A stretch of DNA of 64,000 nucleotides from Minisyncoccota bacterium (GCA_041650615.1 JBAZKU010000001.1:91763-155762), one strand, 5' to 3'; counted from the first letter of the stretch, positions 10,477 to 20,919 are shown. Made by a program: numbers and translations. The notes: generated from the sequence alone by a model not told the origin.

Positions 10477-11982
10477 ATGCCGAAAGCAAATCGGGTGCAA
10501 ATAATCAAATACGGTCCGCCTCCGCCAGAATTGCCGGTGTTTGGAAAAGTTAAGCCGGAAGAGGCTTCTTTTATTGGACGTACCAATTATGTCGCTTCTC
10601 TTGAAGAAAAGAAATTTATTTTCGGTATTAAACGCATAGACCGCAGACGACATCTTTATATTGTTGGAAAATCCGGAGTTGGAAAAAGTAAATTACTTGA
10701 GCTTCTTATGCGTCAAGATATAACCTATGGTCATGGTTTGTGTTTTATTGACCCGCACGGAGATGTCATAGAAGCTATGCTTGATTACATACCTAAAGAA
10801 CGCATAGAAGATGTTTGCATGATAGACCCAGGAGATGTTGACTTTCCGGCTTCTTTCAATCCGCTAGCCAATGTTGACCCGATGTTTAAATTTCAATTGA
10901 CTCAAGGATTGATTGAAGTTTTACAGAAACAATTCGGAGCCAACTGGACGCCTCGTTTGGAACACGTTTTTCGTTTTACTTGCTTGGCTTTGCTTGATTA
11001 TCCGCATGCTACGATGCGCGGAATGATTTCAATGCTGACAGACAGAAATTACAGACAGAAAGTGGTTGAATATATTACCGACGATATGGTCAAAAGATTC
11101 TTCGCTATAGAATTCGCCGACTGGTCCGAGAAATTTGATACGGATGCTATTATTCCGCTGGTCAACAAACTTGGGCAATTTTTATCCGACCCATTACTGC
11201 GAAATATTTTCGGTCAGAAACAAAATAAAATAGATATAAGCGAATTGATGGACCAAGGCAAACTGATTTTCATAAATCTTTCAAAAGGACGTATTGGGGA
11301 AGAAAATTCAAGCTTCTTCGGTTCAATGTTTTTGACCAAAATAAAACAAGCAGGAATGGAGCGGGCGACTATTCCCGAAGAAGAACGCCGAGATTTTTAT
11401 TTATACATAGATGAGTTTCATAACATTGTTACCCAAACATTTGAAAATATTTTATCTGAAGCTAGAAAATATGCTCTCAATCTTACAATCGCTCACCAAT
11501 ATATCGGTCAACTTATTCCGCAAGTACAACACGCAGTGCTTGGAAATACCGGAAGCTTGATTTGTTTCAGAGTCGGGGGAGAGGACGCAGTTAAATTGAA
11601 ACCGGAATTTGAGCCATTATTCGGTGTTAAAGATATGATTAATTTGGCAGTAGCGGAATTTTATATCAAAATGACGATTGACGGGGAATCTTATGATCCA
11701 TTTTCGGCGGAAACTCTGCGGGTCTTGCCTCCAACCCATGTTTCTTATCGAAAAGAAATCATCGAGGCTTCACGTAGAAAGTATTCAATATCAAAAGATG
11801 ATGCGCAGAAACTAATAGAAGAGGAAGAAGCATCAATTATCCGAAGCGCGGAAGAGAAAGCAATTATAGAAGGTAAGGGAAAGAAAAAAGAAGGCGAAGA
11901 AGAGACAGGAGAAAATAAAGAGGAAAATAAAAAAGAAGAAGTAAAAGGTAAGGTTTCTCAAGAGGCCGAACCTATGATATAA
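10477..11982 (+). CDS. TrwB/TraD-like ATPase, second paralog
   Basis: GKSGVGKS, DPHGD, YIDEFH, SEARKY, AHQY. Confidence 0.85.
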   Translation: MPKANRVQIIKYGPPPPELPVFGKVKPEEASFIGRTNYVASLEEKKFIFGIKRIDRRRHLYIVGKSGVGKSKLLELLMRQDITYGHGLCFIDPHGDVIEAMLDYIPKERIEDVCMIDPGDVDFPASFNPLANVDPMFKFQLTQGLIEVLQKQFGANWTPRLEHVFRFTCLALLDYPHATMRGMISMLTDRNYRQKVVEYITDDMVKRFFAIEFADWSEKFDTDAIIPLVNKLGQFLSDPLLRNIFGQKQNKIDISELMDQGKLIFINLSKGRIGEENSSFFGSMFLTKIKQAGMERATIPEEERRDFYLYIDEFHNIVTQTFENILSEARKYALNLTIAHQYIGQLIPQVQHAVLGNTGSLICFRVGGEDAVKLKPEFEPLFGVKDMINLAVAEFYIKMTIDGESYDPFSAETLRVLPPTHVSYRKEIIEASRRKYSISKDDAQKLIEEEEASIIRSAEEKAIIEGKGKKKEGEEETGENKEENKKEEVKGKVSQEAEPMI

Positions 11983-11991
11983 ATAAAAATT

Positions 11992-13086
11992 ATGAGTAAA
12001 GATTATTACAATATTTTGGGCGTAAATAAAGGCGCTTCTAAAGATGAAATAAAGAAGGCTTTTTATAAATTGGCGCATAAATATCATCCTGATAAAAAAG
12101 AGGGGAATGAAGCAAAATTTAAAGAAGTAAACGAAGCTTACCAAGTGCTTTCGGATGACACTAAACGTTCAAAATACGACCAATTTGGGTCCGGTTTTGA
12201 AAATATGGGGCAAGGATATGGAGGAGCCAGACAGAGTGGTTTTGAAGGTTTCGATTTTTCTGGTTTTCAAAATGGCGGTGCGGATTTTGACTTTGGTAAT
12301 TTAAATGATATTTTTAGTGATTTCTTTACTGGTGGAATGGGTGGGGGAAGTAGAAGAGAAGCGAGACGCGGACGTGATATCTCTACTGAAATACAGATTT
12401 CTTTTTCTGAATCTGTTTTTGGAACCAGTAGAAAAATTTTAATTACTAAAACCTCAAATTGTGCCGTTTGCGAAGGTTCCGGCGCAAAACCCGGTACCAA
12501 AATGGAAACTTGTAAGTATTGCAATGGTCAGGGAAAAATTCGCGAAGCAAAAAGAACGATTCTTGGTACTATCTCGAGCACAAAAATTTGCGAGGAATGT
12601 CTGGGTTCCGGAGAAGTACCGAAAGAAAAATGCGAAAATTGTAAAGGCAAAGGAGTATTGCGCCGTGAAGAAGAAATTTCTGTAAATATACCAGCCGGAA
12701 TGCGAGATGGAGAAATGATTAGAATGTCGGGAATGGGCGAAGCGGTTTCAAAGGGAACTGCCGGAGACTTGTATATAAAAGTAAATGTAGCAGCGCACCC
12801 TGTATTTAAACGAGAGGGAAATGACTTAGTAATGAATCTGGAATTAAAATTATCCGATGCTATGCTCGGTACGGAATATCCAATCCAGACTTTGGATGGA
12901 GAAATAAGCGTCAAAATTCCGGAAGGCGTATCTATCAACGAAATTCTTCGAGTAAAGGGAAAGGGCGTACCTATTTCAAAAAGCAAGCGCGGGGATTTGT
13001 TAATTAAGCTCAAAATAAAACTTCCTAAAAAACTTTCCCATAAATCCCGCGAGATTATTGAACAGCTCAAAAAAGAGGGGATATAA
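11992..13086 (+). CDS. dnaJ: Chaperone DnaJ
   Basis: J domain with HPD, G/F region, four CxxCxGxG repeats. Confidence 0.98.
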   Translation: MSKDYYNILGVNKGASKDEIKKAFYKLAHKYHPDKKEGNEAKFKEVNEAYQVLSDDTKRSKYDQFGSGFENMGQGYGGARQSGFEGFDFSGFQNGGADFDFGNLNDIFSDFFTGGMGGGSRREARRGRDISTEIQISFSESVFGTSRKILITKTSNCAVCEGSGAKPGTKMETCKYCNGQGKIREAKRTILGTISSTKICEECLGSGEVPKEKCENCKGKGVLRREEEISVNIPAGMRDGEMIRMSGMGEAVSKGTAGDLYIKVNVAAHPVFKREGNDLVMNLELKLSDAMLGTEYPIQTLDGEISVKIPEGVSINEILRVKGKGVPISKSKRGDLLIKLKIKLPKKLSHKSREIIEQLKKEGI

Positions 13087-13088
13087 AA

Positions 13089-13162
13089 TACCTGTCCCGT
13101 ACTAAATTTTTGTGTAAAACAAATGACCACTATTATTAACAGTTTAAAATTTTAGTACTGGG
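13089..13162 (+). mobile_element. Start-codon-abutting hairpin element, family B copy 1
   Basis: tacctgtcccgtactaaattttt...aaaattttagtactggg directly followed by ATG; near-identical copy at 55017-55090. Confidence 0.75.
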
Positions 13163-13753
13163 ATGCTTCCTGAAAATATAATTTTTGTTGGGGTTTTGGT
13201 AAACTTGCTTGCCTCTCTTTGGTATATCAAAACTATTTTCCACGGGAATACTAAACCAAACTTGGTTTCTTGGGTTATTTGGATGCTAGCACCTTTTATT
13301 GGTTTTTTCTTGCAAATAAAGGCTGGAGCTGGAATATCTACCCTGCCAGTATTTATGGCAGGTTTTGGACCTTTTTTGGTGATTATTTTTTCTTTATTCA
13401 AAAAAAATGCCTTTTGGAAAATACAACCTTTTGATTTACTTTGCGGACTTTTTTCCATTCTGGCTCTCATTATTTACATAACTACAAGTAATCTAGGAAT
13501 TTCGGTTTTCTTTGCCGTTTTAAGCGATTTATTAGCCTATATCCCAACTTTTATAAAATCTTGGAAATTTCCGGAAACCGAATCATCGTCCACTTACTCA
13601 GCAAGTATATTTAGCAATGTTTTGTCTTTACTCGTCATAAAAAATTGGATTTTTGCAATATATTCATTTCCAATTTATCTTATATTGGCAAATTTACTTG
13701 AAGTTTATTTCATTTTTCACAAAAGAATTTTTAAGAAAGTAATTTCTTTTTGA
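13163..13753 (+). CDS. Hypothetical multi-pass membrane protein
   Basis: 196 aa with about 7 hydrophobic segments; TKPNLVSW motif. Confidence 0.8.
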   Translation: MLPENIIFVGVLVNLLASLWYIKTIFHGNTKPNLVSWVIWMLAPFIGFFLQIKAGAGISTLPVFMAGFGPFLVIIFSLFKKNAFWKIQPFDLLCGLFSILALIIYITTSNLGISVFFAVLSDLLAYIPTFIKSWKFPETESSSTYSASIFSNVLSLLVIKNWIFAIYSFPIYLILANLLEVYFIFHKRIFKKVISF

Positions 13754-14618
13754 ATTTCCGCGTTAGCATTTTATAGCAAATTAAAGCGGCGCCAAATTCC
13801 GTAAGCACTGAATCGCGTTGAGGCGAAACTTCTACAATATCCGCGCCTATTAATTCCTTTTCATCTATCGCTTTTTCAATCAAATCAAGTCCATAATACC
13901 ATTCCAAACCACCCTGTACTGGCGTACCGGTTCCCGGCATATATGCAGGGTCAAATCCATCCACATCAACCGTGATATAGATTTTTTTGGTTTTAATTGA
14001 TTTCAATATTTCTTTTATGGAAACCTCTTTTTTATCCCACTCAAAAACAGTGATTGTTTTTTTATTTTTTTGCCAATATTCATACTCATATTTTGAATAT
14101 GTTCTAATACCCACTTGCACGATAGGGAAGCCGAGTTCATGTATTCTGCGCATTGTGCACGAATGCGCAAATCTTTCATGTTCTTCACTGTAATCACTAT
14201 TATCATCACGAAGATCTTGATGGGCATCTATTTGGAGAACAGTTATCTCTTTCGGATTTTCTTTTTTTGAGATAGCTTCCATTGCTCCGACTGAGACAGT
14301 ATGTTCTCCGCCTAACATAATCATAAATTTTCCGCTATTAAATAATTCTCTATATTCGAAACTTATTTTTTGTACTGCTTTTTCCGGGACAAGTTTTTCC
14401 ATATCGGATATTTCTCTATGAGCAGTTTTTAATATTTTTGCCGGTTCGCAATGCAATTCAACATCAAAAAGTTCCAGGTTGCTATTTAAACAATCTAATA
14501 TTTCCTTGGGAGCTTTGGAAGTGCCTCCCATAAAAGAAACGCTATTTTCATAAGGGGCGCTTAATATAACTGCATCAGCTTCCTCTATATTTTTTGTATT
14601 TACAACCTTGTCTATCAT
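13731..14618 (-). CDS. speB: Agmatinase (ureohydrolase family)
   Basis: GGEHT, DAHQD, DVDGFDP..PGTGTP motifs. Confidence 0.9.
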   Translation of the reverse strand: MIDKVVNTKNIEEADAVILSAPYENSVSFMGGTSKAPKEILDCLNSNLELFDVELHCEPAKILKTAHREISDMEKLVPEKAVQKISFEYRELFNSGKFMIMLGGEHTVSVGAMEAISKKENPKEITVLQIDAHQDLRDDNSDYSEEHERFAHSCTMRRIHELGFPIVQVGIRTYSKYEYEYWQKNKKTITVFEWDKKEVSIKEILKSIKTKKIYITVDVDGFDPAYMPGTGTPVQGGLEWYYGLDLIEKAIDEKELIGADIVEVSPQRDSVLTEFGAALICYKMLTRKFKKKLLS

Positions 14619-14624
14619 AATAAT

Positions 14625-15980
14625 TTACATTTTATTTATTTTATATCCATCTCCTCCGTCCTTTATTTCGTATCCCAGAGAGTTTATTTTAACTCGCAAT
14701 TCGTCGGATTTTTTGAAGTCTTTATTTTTGCGGACCCGTTCTCGCTCCTCCGCCAATTTTAAAATTTCTTCCGGAATTTCTTCTTCTTTTATATTTTCAA
14801 AACCGAGCCCTAATACTTTATCAAAATCAAGAATAGTGGCTTTTTTATCGGCAGGGGAAATGATTTCGTCTTTTACTACGTCCCAAACTAAAGCTAAAGC
14901 TCTCGGAGTGTCTAGGTCGTCTTCTAGGTATTCTTTGAACTTTTGCTGGTATTCGCTACTTATTTTACCCACCTTGCTCCCAAGCTCAATATAGAGCTTA
15001 TAAAGCCGTTTTAGGGCTATATCTGCGCCTTCTAGCGCATCCCAGACGAAGTTTACCCTAGTCCTATAACTAGCCATTAAAAGCCAAAATCTATAGGAAA
15101 TTGGGCTAATTCCTTTATCCGAAACATCCTTTAAAGTGTAAAAATTATGCTCCGATTTTGCCATTTTCTTCTGATCAACCAAGACCCATTCATTGTGCAT
15201 CCAATATTTTACAAATTGTTTGCCGGTCGCGCCTTCGGATTGAGCGATTTCATTTTCATGGTGGGGAAATATATTATCCACCCCACCTGTGTGCAAGTCT
15301 ATTTGTTCTCCTAAATTTGACATGGACATCGCAGAGCATTCAATATGCCAGCCGGGTCGTCCTTTTCCCAATTCGTTTTCCCAAAAAACATCTCCATCTT
15401 TTTCATCCCAAGCTTTCCAAAGAGCAAAATCTTGAATATTATCTTTTTCATATTCGTCCGTTTTTATTCTTCCGGCCGCATTTTCTTTTTGTTCTTCCAA
15501 GACAAGATGAGAAAGTTTTCCATAATTTTTGAATTTTTTTATATCAAAATAAATGCTATTGTCATTGCTTTTATAAGCTAGGCCATTTTTCATTAATTTT
15601 TTTATAAGATCAACCATTTCATCAATATAATCCGTAGCCTTCGTAAACTTAGTCGGTTTTAAAATATTGAGCTTTTTTTCATCTTCCAAAAAAGCTTCAG
15701 TATAAAACTCCGTAAATTCCTTCAATGTTTTTTTTGCTTTTTGCGAATCTCTTATAGTCTTATCGTCAATATCAGTCAAATTCATTATGTGTTTTACTTT
15801 AAAACCCTCATACAGCAAAACGCGCTTTAATATATCGGCAAAAATATAAGCGCGGTAATTTCCGATATGAGGATAATTGTAAACGGTAGGCCCACAGGAA
15901 TAAAAACTGACATTAGGAGGGTCAATCGGAGTAAAAATCTCTTTTTCTCTTGTCAGTGTATTGTAAAATCTTAAAGGCAT
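14625..15980 (-). CDS. cysS: Cysteinyl-tRNA synthetase
   Basis: CGPTVY, HIGN, GRPGWHIECSAM, KMAKS. Confidence 0.98.
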   Translation of the reverse strand: MPLRFYNTLTREKEIFTPIDPPNVSFYSCGPTVYNYPHIGNYRAYIFADILKRVLLYEGFKVKHIMNLTDIDDKTIRDSQKAKKTLKEFTEFYTEAFLEDEKKLNILKPTKFTKATDYIDEMVDLIKKLMKNGLAYKSNDNSIYFDIKKFKNYGKLSHLVLEEQKENAAGRIKTDEYEKDNIQDFALWKAWDEKDGDVFWENELGKGRPGWHIECSAMSMSNLGEQIDLHTGGVDNIFPHHENEIAQSEGATGKQFVKYWMHNEWVLVDQKKMAKSEHNFYTLKDVSDKGISPISYRFWLLMASYRTRVNFVWDALEGADIALKRLYKLYIELGSKVGKISSEYQQKFKEYLEDDLDTPRALALVWDVVKDEIISPADKKATILDFDKVLGLGFENIKEEEIPEEILKLAEERERVRKNKDFKKSDELRVKINSLGYEIKDGGDGYKINKM

Positions 15981-15994
15981 TTTATTTTTTCAGT

Positions 15995-17017
15995 TTATAA
16001 AGATATATTTTGCTTGAATTCATTTCTATATATTGAAATAAGAGTGTAGAGCAAACTTATGGTTAAAGGTCCTATTAAAATACCAATCGGACCCAAAAGA
16101 GAGATTCCACCTAAGACAGAAAATAGGATTAAAAGGGGAGGCAAGTTTATTTTATTGCCTACAATAATTGGATTCAATATATTGTCTATAGTTCCAACAA
16201 TTGCTACTGCCCAAATCAAAAGCCCTATGGATTCCATTGTATTTCCTGTCATAAAGAGAAATATTATAGCCGGTATGGAAACAAGCCCAGTTCCAATAGT
16301 GGGAATGAGAGCTGCTATCATGGCTACCAATCCCCAAAGCGCCGGATTTGGTATTCCAAAAAATGCAAATCCGAGACTTATTAATGTTCCTTGGATAAGA
16401 GCAACAAGAAGATATCCTTTAAGAATACCATTTACCGCGCGCGCAAGTTTTTTTATTATTTTTTCATCATCAACATCCGAAAGTGGGCTTAATACTTTTA
16501 TTGCTTTTTTCCAGTGTGTGCCATCCTTCAAAAAATAAAAAATAGATAAAAGAGTAAGAATTGAAGAAAGAATAGCAGACAATGTAGAAGTAAAGATATT
16601 TGCTATATTATTTGTTATAAAAGAAATAAAACTTGAAATTTTTTCATATAAGTCAAAAGAAACACCCTCAGGCAGTATTCTATTTATTGAATTATTTATT
16701 GAATCTATAAAAGACAAAGAGTGAACATTATTAATTATCATTTGATAAGCATCTTGACTTTGATTAAAAACCAGCAAACTTATGCCAAAAAGAGGAATAC
16801 CAATTATTATTATAAAAAAAAGTACAGTGAGGAATGAAGATAACCAATCCGGCAATTTTCTTTTATTGAACCATTCATAAACCGGATAAAGTACTATGGA
16901 AAAAGAAATACCGAGTACCAGTACTATCCAAAAAGGGCGAAAAATCAAAAAAGAAAAAATAAAAACAGCGAATAGTAAAATAAAGAAAAAATATCTTTCA
17001 ATAATTTTTGATTGCAT
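15995..17017 (-). CDS. AI-2E family transporter
   Basis: Multi-TM; IDNILNP and GGISLLGPIGILIGP motifs. Confidence 0.88.
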   Translation of the reverse strand: MQSKIIERYFFFILLFAVFIFSFLIFRPFWIVLVLGISFSIVLYPVYEWFNKRKLPDWLSSFLTVLFFIIIIGIPLFGISLLVFNQSQDAYQMIINNVHSLSFIDSINNSINRILPEGVSFDLYEKISSFISFITNNIANIFTSTLSAILSSILTLLSIFYFLKDGTHWKKAIKVLSPLSDVDDEKIIKKLARAVNGILKGYLLVALIQGTLISLGFAFFGIPNPALWGLVAMIAALIPTIGTGLVSIPAIIFLFMTGNTMESIGLLIWAVAIVGTIDNILNPIIVGNKINLPPLLILFSVLGGISLLGPIGILIGPLTISLLYTLISIYRNEFKQNISL

Positions 17018-17109
17018 ATGTCAAATATTATAGACTATAAATCTATAAATTACAACCATATTTTGACACAGGGTTGCCTTTTTCAAAAATTTCATATAAT
17101 ATAGATTCT

Positions 17110-17427
17110 ATGAAATTTGCGGTTATACAAACAGGCGGAAAACAATACAAAGTCTCTAAAGACGGCTTCCTTTCCATTGAAAAGATAATAGGGGAATATA
17201 AAGTCGGGGATAAAGTTTCCTTTGATAAGGTTCTCTTAGTTGACGACGGCAAGAATACCACCATTGGCACGCCTTATATTGAAGACGCTAAAGTAAATGC
17301 GGAAATTGTAGAAATCGGCCGTTCTAGAAAAGTTTTGGTTATGAAATACAAGCAGAAATCTCGCTACCTCCGTCGCAACGGCCACCGCCAGCCATTCTTT
17401 AAAGTAAAAATTCTTGATATAAAATAA
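17110..17427 (+). CDS. rplU: 50S ribosomal protein L21
   Basis: MKFAVIQTGGKQYKV...GHRQPF; start moved to ATG 17110. Confidence 0.97.
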   Translation: MKFAVIQTGGKQYKVSKDGFLSIEKIIGEYKVGDKVSFDKVLLVDDGKNTTIGTPYIEDAKVNAEIVEIGRSRKVLVMKYKQKSRYLRRNGHRQPFFKVKILDIK

Positions 17428-17463
17428 AAAAAACATCCCGATTTAAATTAGGATGTTTTTTTT
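17427..17463. terminator. Bidirectional intrinsic terminator
   Basis: aaaaaaacatcc...ggatgttttttt between convergent genes. Confidence 0.7.
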
Positions 17464-17493
17464 GTGAAAAACCCAAGAATAATGTTTTTAAGG

Positions 17494-17529
17494 GTGTACA
17501 TAGGAGTGTACATAGGAGTTTCCTATGTA
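17494..17529. repeat. Left REP palindrome of RAYT (with half copy)
   Basis: tacataggagtttcctatgta (17509-17529) preceded by gtgtacatagga. Confidence 0.8.
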
Positions 17530-18164
17530 TTTGTATCACTAAAGTTAAGCCATTCAAATAGTTCCTTTTTATGATCAATTAATTTTTTAAAATAAATAGG
17601 GAATTGTGATGGATTTAGGATTTGAAATTTTTGCTCAGTATATTCTTTTATGCTTGAATAAGGATATTTTAGAACGTAATTTAGTAAATTAGTTCTATTA
17701 TTATTTTTACTCTCTCGCCAATTTTTATTTATCAATTTTGCTGGATTTAAATGTATATATGAATAAATATATTTTAAATAATTATCTTTATCTATATGAA
17801 TTGATTTAAATACACCCTCATACAATTTACCAGTTCTTTTATATTTTTTATTAAAATACATTGAATATCCAGTTAACAATTTACGCATATATGTAGAAAT
17901 GCCGTTTTCTTTTTTTTCGCGGACAAGAATATGGAAATGATTTGGCATTAAACAATATGCTCCAACATCAACGATTGTTTCTTCTCTATTAAAAAATTTA
18001 TCAATTTCTCTTAGAATGATACTTTTTTCTGTATTACAAAGATACATCAGAAATAGAAAATGTTCATAGTCTTTTTTATCTAAAAATATTATTCTTTTTT
18101 CTGTGCCACGATTATATAAATGATAGTATTCATTTATCGAGAAGGATTGTTTTCTCAGAGCCAT
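17523..18164 (-). CDS. REP-associated tyrosine transposase (RAYT, IS200-like HUH Y1)
   Basis: YHLYNRG, YCLMPNHFH (HUH), YIHLNP (catalytic Tyr), YPYSS motifs. Confidence 0.92.
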   Translation of the reverse strand: MALRKQSFSINEYYHLYNRGTEKRIIFLDKKDYEHFLFLMYLCNTEKSIILREIDKFFNREETIVDVGAYCLMPNHFHILVREKKENGISTYMRKLLTGYSMYFNKKYKRTGKLYEGVFKSIHIDKDNYLKYIYSYIHLNPAKLINKNWRESKNNNRTNLLNYVLKYPYSSIKEYTEQKFQILNPSQFPIYFKKLIDHKKELFEWLNFSDTNT

Positions 18165-18181
18165 AATTTAAGTATAACACA

Positions 18182-18202
18182 TACATAGGAAACTCCTATG
18201 TA
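18182..18202. repeat. Right REP palindrome of RAYT
   Basis: tacataggaaactcctatgta, the exact reverse complement of 17509-17529. Confidence 0.8.
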
Positions 18203-18331
18203 TTATGTATTATTTTTGTTGACAAGTTAAAATTTTTCTGCTATTCTATATATAGAGATATTCGTATAGAAAAAGTAATTATTGTTATTTGTTAAATCAA
18301 ACATTTTAACCAAATTTTTTTGGAGGTATTT

Positions 18332-18610
18332 ATGATTATCACCCATAATATACAGTACGACGGAAACGTACATATCATCAAGATTTTACAACCAAAAGGT
18401 ATTTTGGTAACTATGCGGATAATGTTACCTGGTCAATATGATTTTGGCGTAGTTGGGGCAGGGTCTAAACAAAAAATAACTGTAATCTATGGCCAAATGA
18501 GAATAAACGACAGTGTTTATTTTACCGGGCAAACATGCATTTTAGAATCGGGAAACCCGATTCTTGTTGTGACTATGGAACCATGTGGATACAAGTGTAT
18601 CTATGAATAA
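18332..18610 (+). CDS. PpnP/DUF1255-like cupin protein, divergent
   Basis: YDGNV, MLPGQYDFG, terminal YKCIY; ggagg SD upstream of ATG 18332. Confidence 0.55.
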   Translation: MIITHNIQYDGNVHIIKILQPKGILVTMRIMLPGQYDFGVVGAGSKQKITVIYGQMRINDSVYFTGQTCILESGNPILVVTMEPCGYKCIYE

Positions 18611-18625
18611 ATATGATTGAATTTT

Positions 18626-18660
18626 TCTCCCAACGGATTGAGGTCCATTGGGAGATTTTT
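18626..18660 (+). terminator. Intrinsic terminator
   Basis: tctcccaacgga...tccattgggaga followed by T run. Confidence 0.65.
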
Positions 18661-19307
18661 TATTGTCTATTTTTTAGGGCGTTTTTGAGAGTATCGTTAT
18701 CGGAATATTCAAGTTCAGTGCCGGTGGAGAGACCCCTGCCTAGTGAAGAAATCTTTATGCCTAAAGGTTCAGCAACAGGTTTTAACTGATTGCGAACATA
18801 TAAATCGGTATGATTACCTTGCGGACTTAAGGAAAAAGCTAGAACAATTTCCCCGCCTCGCGTCGACGAGTCTCCACGAGTCGAGGCGGGTTTTAAAAAA
18901 TCTCTTTTTATTTTTTCTATCAGCTCATTAATTCTTATTCTTTTATTTGTATTTTTTTCAACAATCGGCACCAGTCCTCCCAAAATAAAATATTTGCCGT
19001 TATAAACCCTGCTGGCATTTATACTTTCAAAATCGGAATCTTTTTCCACCACCATCAGAGTGGAAGAATCAATACTTTTATCGGCGCAAATTTCGCACAC
19101 TTTTTCTTTTTTGGATTCAGATATAAAAAATCTAAAACATTCAGAACATTGCATGGTATCTTTTCTTAATTCTTTAATTAAATCGGATAAATTAGAAGTG
19201 TAATCTAAATTTTTAGCCATCAAAAAATAAACAAAACGTTTTGCTTGTCTTTCTCCAATACCGGGAAATTCTTTAAAAATTTCAGTTAATTTTTCTATGG
19301 TGTTCAT
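18660..19307 (-). CDS. recR: Recombination protein RecR
   Basis: FPGIGERQAKR HhH, C4 zinc finger, Toprim domain, GTELEYSD. Confidence 0.95.
   Translation of the reverse strand: MNTIEKLTEIFKEFPGIGERQAKRFVYFLMAKNLDYTSNLSDLIKELRKDTMQCSECFRFFISESKKEKVCEICADKSIDSSTLMVVEKDSDFESINASRVYNGKYFILGGLVPIVEKNTNKRIRINELIEKIKRDFLKPASTRGDSSTRGGEIVLAFSLSPQGNHTDLYVRNQLKPVAEPLGIKISSLGRGLSTGTELEYSDNDTLKNALKNRQ
18852..18890 (-). mobile_element. 39-bp in-frame palindromic insert in recR
   Basis: cccgcctcg...cgaggcggg; encodes PASTRGDSSTRGG; one mismatch to the scpB copy. Confidence 0.85.
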
Positions 19308-19355
19308 AATGTCTTGGGCGAAGTTCTTGCAAAGAATTTTTTGAAACTGCGCCCT

Positions 19356-20747
19356 CTAAAATTCCTCCAAATCTCCGCTTATTTTTGACTGGGAAAACTC
19401 ACTAAGGTTGCTTTTTTCAAGATTCAAGAAAGTAGTGGTTTTCTCGTCAAAATAAAGCTCCACTTTTCCAGTTGGACCGTTACGATGTTTTTCAATCAAG
19501 ATTTCAGCGATATTTGTTTTTTCTGATTCCTCTTTTCCTTTATCTTCTCGGTGAATAAACATAACCACATCCGCATCTTGTTCTATGGAACCGGAATCGC
19601 GAAGGTCTGAAAGTCTTGGCTTGCCACCGCGAGATTCCACGGCGCGAGAAAGTTGAGAAAGAGCCAATACCGGCACATCCAGTTCCTTTGCCAGGCTTTT
19701 TAATGACCTTGAAATTTCTGTCACTTGATTAACCATGGAATCATAATTCTTGGAAGTGGTCATAAGCTGCAAATAGTCAACAACAATGAGGTCCAATCCT
19801 TTTTCCGCTTTTAATCTGCGAGAAAGAGCTTTCATTCGAACTATGGAATTGCCTGGCTGGTCATCAATATAAATTTTAGCTTTAGCTAATTTATCCAAAG
19901 AATCTCGAAGTTGGGAAAAATCTCTATCGGAAGATAAATGTCCGGTACGCAAATTCCAAGCATTCACGCGCGATTGCGCCGACAGCATTCTGTCCACCAA
20001 TTGCTGAGAAGACATTTCCAAAGAAAATATTAAAACCGACTTATCGTGAGTGATTGAAGTCACACGGGCAATATCAAGGGCAAGTGTGGTTTTTCCCATA
20101 GAAGGTCTGGCCGCAATGATAACCAAATCGGATTTTTGCAAACCGGAAAGCGTATTGTCCAAATCTCGAAAACCGGTCGGCAATCCGCGAAGCGATCCTT
20201 TATGCTCATGTAATTTTTCTAGACGTTCCCATGCTTCTGGCAGGGCATCTTTCAGATTTGTGTATTTTTGACTTTTCGGAGACGATATCACACTAAATAT
20301 TTTCTTTTCAGCCATATCCAGAATGTCGTCCATATGGTCATCACCTTCTTCAAAACCAAGTTCGGAAACATAATCTGCCGCTTCTATCAAACTTCTCAAA
20401 ACATATTTTTTTTGAACAATTTCCGCATAATGTTTTACATTTGTGGAAGAGGGAACGATATTCACCAGTTCTGTCAGATATTCATTACCCCCGATTCTTT
20501 CCAACGCTTTTTGTTCACTTAACTTGGTGGAAAGCGAAAGCATATCTATCGGTTCATTTTTCAAGGACAGATCAAGCATCGCTTTGAAAATTATTTTATT
20601 TTTTTCAACATAGAAAGAATCTGGGCCTATAATGTCTTCCACTTCATGCATGGCTTCTTTGCGGAGCATTATAGAACCAAGTACCGCTTGTTCCGAAGGA
20701 ATGCTCTGAGGCGGGATGCGTACATCGGTTTTCTTAGTTTTTACCAT
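19356..20747 (-). CDS. dnaB: Replicative DNA helicase
   Basis: AARPSMGKT, VDYLQL, SDLRDSGSIEQDAD. Confidence 0.99.
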   Translation of the reverse strand: MVKTKKTDVRIPPQSIPSEQAVLGSIMLRKEAMHEVEDIIGPDSFYVEKNKIIFKAMLDLSLKNEPIDMLSLSTKLSEQKALERIGGNEYLTELVNIVPSSTNVKHYAEIVQKKYVLRSLIEAADYVSELGFEEGDDHMDDILDMAEKKIFSVISSPKSQKYTNLKDALPEAWERLEKLHEHKGSLRGLPTGFRDLDNTLSGLQKSDLVIIAARPSMGKTTLALDIARVTSITHDKSVLIFSLEMSSQQLVDRMLSAQSRVNAWNLRTGHLSSDRDFSQLRDSLDKLAKAKIYIDDQPGNSIVRMKALSRRLKAEKGLDLIVVDYLQLMTTSKNYDSMVNQVTEISRSLKSLAKELDVPVLALSQLSRAVESRGGKPRLSDLRDSGSIEQDADVVMFIHREDKGKEESEKTNIAEILIEKHRNGPTGKVELYFDEKTTTFLNLEKSNLSEFSQSKISGDLEEF

Positions 20748-20826
20748 TAGGACATTCTAGCACTTTTAAAAAATAGTCAAAGAAAAAAAATGCATAAATA
20801 TGTTATTAAAATGGGGACAATTCTTA

Positions 20827-20919
20827 AGCACATTTTGTGAAGGATTTTCGAAACTGCGCCCTCGGAGTCATAAGGGCAGGGGACCCACACGTTTCTTAAA
20901 ATCCTTCACAAAATGTGCT
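20827..20919 (+). mobile_element. Family D hairpin element upstream of trpS
   Basis: Perfect 22-bp arms agcacattttgtgaaggatttt/aaaatccttcacaaaatgtgct around a core gcgccctcggagtc..agggcaggggacccac. Confidence 0.75.

Noticed and set aside
4537-11982. Conjugative element
   Set aside because: No relaxase, VirB-like genes, integrase or att sites were seen; the ATPases sit between dnaK and dnaJ.
12528-13130. 200-aa antisense ORF over dnaJ and similar shadow ORFs throughout
   Set aside because: They lie opposite or within well-supported genes and show no recognisable motifs.
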